The notes beneath the pieces were generated by a model. The model did not search any database, was not told where the DNA came from, and saw nothing but the letters and a program-made list of their open reading frames with translations. A DNA stretch of 19,416 nt from a virus. This document shows positions 14,029 to 19,416 of this stretch, one piece after another (within the stretch, counting starts at the first letter, position 1; every line of letters begins with the position of its first letter). A program made the translations under genes and the position numbers. Where the stretch lies: the IMG/VR virus record IMGVR_UViG_3300045988_139298. One strand, given 5' to 3'.

Positions 14029-14422
14029 ACTGCCATACTAACGGCATACCTAATATATAAGTGTGTACAAAGTCACTCGTTTCATGGTTCACAATGCTCC
14101 AGCCATTTTCTAAATATTGGTTTAACATATCAATATCTTTTCGATAGGCGGTATAATCATAATCCTTTATGCTCCTAACAACAACCACTTTGTTTTTGAG
14201 TGGAGAATTTCCGAACATGATCTCGTTAAATTCTTTTAGAGTTTTATCACACTTTTTAAATATTGCGTTATCACGATGATAAACTTCATAAGATAAACTA
14301 TCAAGTTCTTTATTCAAATATTTATAATTATCCTTTAAGGATTCATATTTACAATATATAATCAAACAAAAAACTGCTAACACAATAATACACATTAATA
14401 TCATTAAAAACATAAAATCCAT
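13982..14422 (-). CDS. Membrane-anchored early protein (146 aa)
   Basis: It has an N-terminal hydrophobic helix (FMFLMILMCIIVLAVFCLIIY) followed by a charged soluble region. SD AAGGAG precedes the start. It lies downstream of the DNA polymerase gene. Confidence 0.65.
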   Translation of the reverse strand: MDFMFLMILMCIIVLAVFCLIIYCKYESLKDNYKYLNKELDSLSYEVYHRDNAIFKKCDKTLKEFNEIMFGNSPLKNKVVVVRSIKDYDYTAYRKDIDMLNQYLENGWSIVNHETSDFVHTYILGMPLVWQYEKEDDEKGCNDDVE

Positions 14423-14434
14423 TTTTATACTCCT

Positions 14435-14563
14435 TTACTCCTTTATAATCCAAATAACCATTAATACCATTCCTATAATATATACAACAAATAGAAATGT
14501 TACACTTAAACAACAAAATGCCATAAATAGATAATACAATATATTCGTTAAAACACTTATCAC
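14435..14563 (-). CDS. Small hydrophobic peptide (42 aa), below the ORF-track size cut-off
   Basis: I translated it by hand: (GTG)MISVLTNILYYLFMAFCCLSVTFLFVVYIIGMVLMVIWIIKE*. SD GGAAGGTGA lies 4 nt upstream, directly after the polymerase stop. Its stop is embedded in the next gene's SD. Confidence 0.45.
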   Translation of the reverse strand: MISVLTNILYYLFMAFCCLSVTFLFVVYIIGMVLMVIWIIKE

Positions 14564-14576
14564 TTTATCACCTTCC

Positions 14577-16403
14577 TTACCTACTCTTAATGCTGAATTG
14601 TCTATCGACTAATACAATACCACCATGTACGTGTGTTTTCTTTAAGCAGTCATTAATTACATTTCCAACTCTAAAATTATCATATGTTACATTCTGTTTC
14701 GCCTTTTGCGTCATACCAGCGCATTTTACGTTTAAATAATAACAAACACCCTCACGGATATAATACAAATTATCTTTGCAATCATTCTCACTTATATATT
14801 CTTGTTGGTGCTCCACATAATCTTTATAACTAATTTCAATTTCTTCAACATAACTTTTAGCACCAATAAAATAAGATCGTGTAAACACTGATTCTAAACC
14901 CCAATAGCCTAATTCCTTATCGTCAATAATATCTTTTATTGCGTCCGGAACTTGTGTACCCACTAGGTGTATTGAATCCGTATCAATATATGCGACTCTA
15001 TGGATACCTACCTTTTGTGCGGTTGATATTGTATATTTACGTGCGTATGCTGTGACAAACTCACCATATGGAAGGTAAATAGGATCGCGAAATTGTTCGT
15101 CAATGACCTCTTTAACTTCTCCATCTTCAAAAGTTGTATACATAGGGTCATGTAAACGTAAAACTCCATCATCTTTATCAATAAATGGAATTTTAGGCGT
15201 GACATTTGGGTTCGTTGCGAACTTCCCATAAACCGAATTTAATTGTCGCTTGGCAATAAATCTCTGTGCACCTTTAGAATTCTTCTTAACTTCCATTTGC
15301 TCGTCAATAAACTGCCTTGCAATACCAACGCAACCCCTAAATTTATATCCATTAATAAACTCAACATCATAAATATCATATTGTTCATTAAATAACTGCC
15401 AATCAACACTCGTGACAGTCATTCTAACAATATCTCCGTTTGAGCTGTCCACATATTTTTTACTCCCAAAAAACCGAGAAAACTTATCTAAGCTAATACA
15501 TGGTATATGGTCCTTTTTAATATCAAAGGCGAAACTAACAACACCTACCCATAAAGGGTATTCATCATCCTGTTGATATTCACCTTCAAAGTATATGGGT
15601 GTATCATAGGGCAATAATTCATAATACATACGACTAGGAAATAACGAATTTACGTCAAATACTATCCCTTGCCCTATCTCTTTTTCTTTTAGTTCCGGAT
15701 TTGCCCACACAAAACCACCACTGTAAGCAGGTCTTAAATCACTATCGACATTCATTTCTAAAGGTGGGAATATCTTTTCAAAACTCATAGGCAGTGTTTT
15801 CTTGAAAGCCTCAAAACTACAGCTAGTAGCTGTTATTTTATTGAATCCAAGCTTAAAACATTCGTTTAGTGCCATACCTTCAATATCGATATCATTAAAT
15901 AGATAATCTACTTCATGTGGTGTGAGTTCGTGTCCTACATCACGTTTAGCTTTATAATCTAGTTTTAATTTACGTATTGGTAAGTTAAAATCATGGGCGA
16001 TCTTCTCAATACTAAATGGAATTAATTTAAAACTATCCCATATTGTAGTTTTTGTTGACCGATAAATTGAATATTTCCACCATATTTCAATGGAATACCA
16101 CAAGCCTGTATTCGATATAATTGTTTTAAAACATCCGGTTTTAGGCTTGTCCGAATATTCATAACCATTACTTAACAGCCAACTTACAATAAACTCACCA
16201 TCAAACGCAAGATTATGAAAATATAATTTACGTGTTTTCTGTTTACACCATTCTATAAAGCCGTATATACTATTTCCATATTCTTTTATACTTAAATCTT
16301 CAACAAAACTTGCACCCCAAGCCCATACCCTACAGTCTAAAGGGTCGGTTGTAGTTTCAAAATCACAAGCCCATATTTCTTTAGGCTCTTTTTTCTTTTG
16401 CAT
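14577..16403 (-). CDS. Protein-primed family-B DNA polymerase, phi29 gp2-like
   Basis: Exonuclease motifs: ExoI DFETTT, ExoII HNLAFDGEF, ExoIII YLFNDIDI. Polymerase motifs: A DVNSLFPS, B KRQLNSVYGKFA, C YIDTDSIH. It also has the VKCAGM element found in phi29-type polymerases. Confidence 0.97.
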   Translation of the reverse strand: MQKKKEPKEIWACDFETTTDPLDCRVWAWGASFVEDLSIKEYGNSIYGFIEWCKQKTRKLYFHNLAFDGEFIVSWLLSNGYEYSDKPKTGCFKTIISNTGLWYSIEIWWKYSIYRSTKTTIWDSFKLIPFSIEKIAHDFNLPIRKLKLDYKAKRDVGHELTPHEVDYLFNDIDIEGMALNECFKLGFNKITATSCSFEAFKKTLPMSFEKIFPPLEMNVDSDLRPAYSGGFVWANPELKEKEIGQGIVFDVNSLFPSRMYYELLPYDTPIYFEGEYQQDDEYPLWVGVVSFAFDIKKDHIPCISLDKFSRFFGSKKYVDSSNGDIVRMTVTSVDWQLFNEQYDIYDVEFINGYKFRGCVGIARQFIDEQMEVKKNSKGAQRFIAKRQLNSVYGKFATNPNVTPKIPFIDKDDGVLRLHDPMYTTFEDGEVKEVIDEQFRDPIYLPYGEFVTAYARKYTISTAQKVGIHRVAYIDTDSIHLVGTQVPDAIKDIIDDKELGYWGLESVFTRSYFIGAKSYVEEIEISYKDYVEHQQEYISENDCKDNLYYIREGVCYYLNVKCAGMTQKAKQNVTYDNFRVGNVINDCLKKTHVHGGIVLVDRQFSIKSR

Positions 16404-16421
16404 ACTACAACCCCCTTTACA

Positions 16422-17258
16422 TTATTCTTTATATGTAACAATTCCATCTTTGACATAGGCGCGCCCTGTAAACACAGCCAAACTATCTTTTACATCTTTT
16501 AAATCCGTCTGAATACTTTTACTTAATTGTTCATTCACAAACTTTTGATTTTCTGTATATTCACGACTTAAATCAAGATACTTAAATGTGTTTATGGCTT
16601 TTCGTTCTTGATAAAACCATTTAACTAAATCTTTATCTGATAAAGATTGAATATCTTCTAATATTTGTTTTCCTTCTTCTTCTGTAATATTCATACCTTC
16701 TATTTGTTCGGATATTGCTTTTTTATAATTTTTTCTCAACGTTCTGATTTTCTTTGACTTCTTTTTCGTATTTTCTTTTAAACTTTCAATTCGATTATCT
16801 AACTGTTTAGGGTATCGATATGTTTGAATGTTAACATGATGAACTGGCTCAAAAAATCCGCCTCTATCATCTTTTAATACAGACAATGCCTGCTTAACAC
16901 TTACATTTGTGGTTATACCGCCTTTTGTTTCCTTTAATTTTGTTAACCCAACACTTCTTGCTAGTTTCTTTCTTTGTTTGTTCTGTTTATCCACTAGTTT
17001 ATTAGCCTTTTCAATGTCGTTACGGTTAAATACAACACCATATTGATTTTCAATATATCTATTTTCTTTATTAAATTTTTCAATTGATTTTAAATATTTG
17101 TTGAATTCCTTACGGTCGTTAAAATCTTTAATGGTTCTAATGTCCGTAAAAACGACATCCTGCCCCATGTTTTGCGCTTTTGTGGCGGTTCGTTTCGCAC
17201 TTGCTATAGCATTTCTTAGACGCTTAACATCTTTCGTGCTTTTTCGCATTTTAGCCAT
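16422..17258 (-). CDS. Terminal protein (replication primer), phi29 gp3-like
   Basis: It lies immediately upstream of the polymerase gene. It is basic and Lys-rich. FNDRKEFNKYLKSIEKFN...NQYGVVF parallels my recollection of phi29 gp3 (FETRAQFNKWKEQASSF...NAYGVVA). ATG 17258 is preferred over GTG 17267, which lies inside the SD AAGGGGGTG. Confidence 0.85.
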   Translation of the reverse strand: MAKMRKSTKDVKRLRNAIASAKRTATKAQNMGQDVVFTDIRTIKDFNDRKEFNKYLKSIEKFNKENRYIENQYGVVFNRNDIEKANKLVDKQNKQRKKLARSVGLTKLKETKGGITTNVSVKQALSVLKDDRGGFFEPVHHVNIQTYRYPKQLDNRIESLKENTKKKSKKIRTLRKNYKKAISEQIEGMNITEEEGKQILEDIQSLSDKDLVKWFYQERKAINTFKYLDLSREYTENQKFVNEQLSKSIQTDLKDVKDSLAVFTGRAYVKDGIVTYKE

Positions 17259-17289
17259 TTTAAACACCCCCTTTTAAGTCAAAAAATAA

Positions 17290-17312
17290 AAGGGTGTTTG
17301 GCTAACACCCTT
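17290..17312 (-). terminator. Intrinsic terminator or attenuator between the SSB-like and terminal-protein genes
   Basis: The stem is aagggtgt / acaccctt. It is followed by TTTTATTTTTTG on the - strand, directly after the stop at 17324. Confidence 0.6.
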
Positions 17313-17323
17313 ATTTTATTAGG

Positions 17324-17725
17324 CTATTTTACAGCCATGCTTAAATATTTATTCGAACTTGAGTTTGATTTCTTCTGAATAATAGTCACACATACCGGTT
17401 CTTTCGTCCAATCGTAGTTAAATACCTGCTTTAACTGTTTCAATGATTGTAAGAAAGGTTTACTATTTGTAGCATATGCTTTACCTTCTTTATCAATTAC
17501 AGTGATTAGTTTACTACAAATAATCTCACCTGTTTTTTCATTTTCTTTTTCTACATCTTGCAAAATGTAACCTGTCAACCACAAATCTTTACCGACTTGA
17601 TCGCTTAAACCTTCCGCATTATTTACCGCGTTGAATAAGTTAACACGTTGCTCGTGTGTCATGTCCTCAGTTACAACCAAACCTGTATTTTCCATTGCCA
17701 TTACTTCATTTCCTAAATTTTCCAT
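17324..17725 (-). CDS. Single-stranded DNA-binding protein, phi29 gp5-like
   Basis: 133 aa, upstream of the terminal-protein gene. Three segments (LFNAVNN, ITVIDKEGKAYATNSK, VTIIQKKSNSSSNKYLSM) align by eye with my recollection of phi29 gp5 (IFNAQTG, TTIFAADGSLYSAISK, VKVVQGTSSKGNVFFSL). Confidence 0.6.
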   Translation of the reverse strand: MENLGNEVMAMENTGLVVTEDMTHEQRVNLFNAVNNAEGLSDQVGKDLWLTGYILQDVEKENEKTGEIICSKLITVIDKEGKAYATNSKPFLQSLKQLKQVFNYDWTKEPVCVTIIQKKSNSSSNKYLSMAVK

Positions 17726-17847
17726 TTTAATATTCTCCTTTTAATTTTAACTATTGCTTTTTCAATTAATTTATTTCAAGTTGTCTAATTTTGTAACCAG
17801 CATAACAATTTACAACCTACATCGCTTTTTAGTGAAGTCATAACACT

Positions 17848-18069
17848 TTAATATCTTACATGACACACCTCCATTAATTCATCATATTTCATATTTATTA
17901 GAACAAACCACATAACTAACATTACAATTGATATTATAATGAAATTTATGTATCTGTTTGATACCTTGTAGTATTTAAAATTACCTTTACATTGTTGGTA
18001 TATTTGGTAAACAGATAATACAACACATAACAACCAACTTGCAAGTATTAAATTATTGTAAATACTCAT
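17848..18069 (-). CDS. Small two-helix membrane protein (73 aa)
   Basis: Two hydrophobic segments (LILASWLLCVVLSVYQIY and INFIIISIVMLVMWFVLI). It overlaps the upstream ORF by 17 nt. Confidence 0.55.
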   Translation of the reverse strand: MSIYNNLILASWLLCVVLSVYQIYQQCKGNFKYYKVSNRYINFIIISIVMLVMWFVLINMKYDELMEVCHVRY

Positions 18070-18355
18070 AACCGCGTCTCTCGTTCTCTTTAATCATATC
18101 CTCAAGTGATACAGCACCTTGCAAAACCTTACGTTTAAATAACGTCATAGTGCTGTAGCGAAAAGAATAACTAGCTATTACACTCTTTGAATTTAATTTA
18201 CGAATATCCATTCTTATTAAATGCCTACGCTGATATACTAGATGAAAACCAAGTTTATAATCACATAAATACGTCTCTATAATATCAACGATTCTATTGA
18301 TATTATCCATTGTCATATCACTTGGATTATGTGAATGTTTGTAAATTCTACTCAT
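18053..18355 (-). CDS. Early protein, unknown function (100 aa)
   Basis: SD AGGTGA lies 8 nt upstream of the ATG. It overlaps the upstream ORF by 8 nt. No motif recognised. Confidence 0.6.
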   Translation of the reverse strand: MSRIYKHSHNPSDMTMDNINRIVDIIETYLCDYKLGFHLVYQRRHLIRMDIRKLNSKSVIASYSFRYSTMTLFKRKVLQGAVSLEDMIKENERRGYEYLQ

Positions 18356-18602
18356 TATCTACATCACCTAACCTTTTTAATAACTCAATACGAATAAGCT
18401 TTTGTAATTTACTCGTATTATATCTAATACGTACTTGCTTATCCATATTACTGCCATAATAACCGAAAATCATTGAATTACATAATCGAATTGTAAGAGT
18501 AGTTGATAAATCAATTAATGATTTGTTTGAAAATTTTGATAGGTCTAACTTTTCAAAATCAATATTAATTAAATTAAAATATTTAATGTCAACATCAATC
18601 AT
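18348..18602 (-). CDS. Early protein, unknown function (84 aa)
   Basis: SD AAGGAG lies 8 nt upstream of the ATG. No motif recognised. Confidence 0.6.
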   Translation of the reverse strand: MIDVDIKYFNLINIDFEKLDLSKFSNKSLIDLSTTLTIRLCNSMIFGYYGSNMDKQVRIRYNTSKLQKLIRIELLKRLGDVDNE

Positions 18603-18717
18603 CTGTGAAACTCCTTAAATAGTTAGTAAATTTATTGGCATATAATAATAAATCAAGACACACATCTTTATCAATAAAAGAATCTTGTGACGCAGTATCC
18701 ATAATTAAATCAATCAT
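18595..18717 (-). CDS. Possible small acidic peptide (40 aa), below the ORF-track size cut-off
   Basis: I translated it by hand: MIDLIMDTASQDSFIDKDVCLDLLLYANKFTNYLRSFTDD*. Its stop overlaps the next gene's start (ATGATTGA). The SD is weak, so confidence is low. Confidence 0.3.
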   Translation of the reverse strand: MIDLIMDTASQDSFIDKDVCLDLLLYANKFTNYLRSFTDD

Positions 18718-18755
18718 TTTAATATACCCATTAACCAACGGTTTTAACTCTGTAG

Positions 18756-19013
18756 TTAATCCATACGGATTTGACCACTAGCATACTTAAGTAATTCATC
18801 TGATAGATCAGCAAACTGTAAGACTAAATAATCAAAATCACTAACTGTAACATCTTCGTCTTTTAAAGCGTTAAGTATAATAATGTGCATTGAATTAATA
18901 TAATTAACAATTAACACATTTTTAAATTCATCTTCATCCACAACCTTAATGGACTCTATAGCATTATTGTAAATATTCAATAGAACACTATCATATACTT
19001 CTTTTAATGTCAT
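18756..19013 (-). CDS. Strongly acidic small early protein (85 aa)
   Basis: First ORF after the right-ITR promoter and SD, with its ATG inside the ITR. By hand count it has 16 Asp/Glu against 6 Lys/Arg. No motif recognised. Confidence 0.7.
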   Translation of the reverse strand: MTLKEVYDSVLLNIYNNAIESIKVVDEDEFKNVLIVNYINSMHIIILNALKDEDVTVSDFDYLVLQFADLSDELLKYASGQIRMD

Positions 19014-19416
19014 TTTCTTAAGCCCTCCTTCTTTTCACCTATAGTATAACACACCTATTCTAGAACACAAGTGTTTTTATAATTTCACATAATTCACAAC
19101 CGAGCCGTGTGGGTCAATGTTTCACGTGGAACATTGTTATATGGTGGTGTGTGGTGGTGTGTCGTGTGATGGTATGCTATGTGGTGCGTGAGCGGAGCTA
19201 GGACGAGTGGAGCGAGACCACGCCGAGCGGAGCGAGGCAAGCCGAGACATGCGGAGCATGTCGAGGCAGTGCCGAACAGAGTGAGACCACACCGAGCGAA
19301 GCGAGGCGGTGTTGTATGGTGTTAGTTAGTGTTAACTAATGCTATCCTATGTGTGTTCATGTTCTGTGAACATGTGTACGTCAATGGGGTACAGGGTCAT
19401 GCTGACACTCTTTTTT
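19010..19416. repeat. Right inverted terminal repeat, 407 bp
   Basis: Exact reverse complement of 1-407. It ends ...CTCTTTTTT-3'. Confidence 0.97.
19043..19070 (-). promoter_or_regulatory. Identical inward-facing promoter inside the right ITR
   Basis: This is the mirror copy of 347-374. It drives the ATG at 19013 through the same SD and 5' UTR. Confidence 0.6.

Noticed and set aside
17726-17847. A 122-nt intergenic gap upstream of the SSB-like gene might hold an internal promoter or an ncRNA.
   Set aside because: I found only weak -35/-10 combinations (TTGTAA or TTGAAA with poor -10 hexamers) and a 6-bp inverted repeat. There is no terminator or convincing structure, so the evidence is insufficient to call a feature.
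1-19416. The long terminal inverted repeats might mark a transposon or insertion sequence.
   Set aside because: There is no transposase. The repeats bound a full phi29-type gene set (terminal protein, protein-primed polymerase, portal, capsid, packaging ATPase). The sequence ends exactly at the repeat termini with an A-run, consistent with a protein-primed linear phage genome.
1-19416. Searched for lysogeny functions (integrase, repressor, attP), tRNAs and recognisable defence or anti-defence domains.
   Set aside because: No ORF shows integrase, recombinase or HTH-repressor motifs that I can recognise. I saw no cloverleaf-like tRNA. The absence fits a strictly lytic phi29-like phage, but small orphan ORFs cannot be excluded as novel functions.

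Overview
The window appears to be a complete linear genome (19,416 bp, AT-rich) of a phi29-like, protein-primed podophage of a low-GC Gram-positive host. All calls come from reading the sequence and recalling family motifs; no searches were run.

The ends are a perfect 407-bp inverted terminal repeat (1-407 and 19010-19416) that begins with AAAAAA. Each copy contains an inward-facing extended -10 promoter, a strong Shine-Dalgarno site and the ATG of the first gene.

- **Left arm (+ strand, 404-1587):** five small ORFs of unknown function. They converge on a bidirectional terminator at 1588-1610.
- **Minus-strand early block (19013 down to 13807):** small early genes, then an SSB-like protein, the terminal protein, a family-B protein-primed DNA polymerase and small membrane proteins.
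- **Early/late junction (13580-13806):** a roughly 150-nt ORF-free segment, a terminator and a near-consensus promoter.
- **Minus-strand late block (13580 down to 1612):** scaffold, major capsid, two paralogous 23-aa-repeat fibre-like proteins, a holin, an M23/lysozyme tail hydrolase, tail knob, portal, lower collar, a CHAP-SH3b endolysin and the packaging ATPase.

No integrase, repressor, tRNA or CRISPR array was seen.

The observations I rate most worth follow-up are:
- An in-frame TAA lies inside a repeat unit and splits an otherwise continuous 999-nt frame (8784-9782).
- The duplicated fibre module has a holin gene inserted between the two copies.
- The ITR carries expression signals plus a GC-rich, strand-asymmetric repeat block.
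- A candidate structured ncRNA lies downstream of the replication genes, where phi29 encodes its pRNA.
- An identical terminator/promoter hairpin cassette occurs twice in the late operon.
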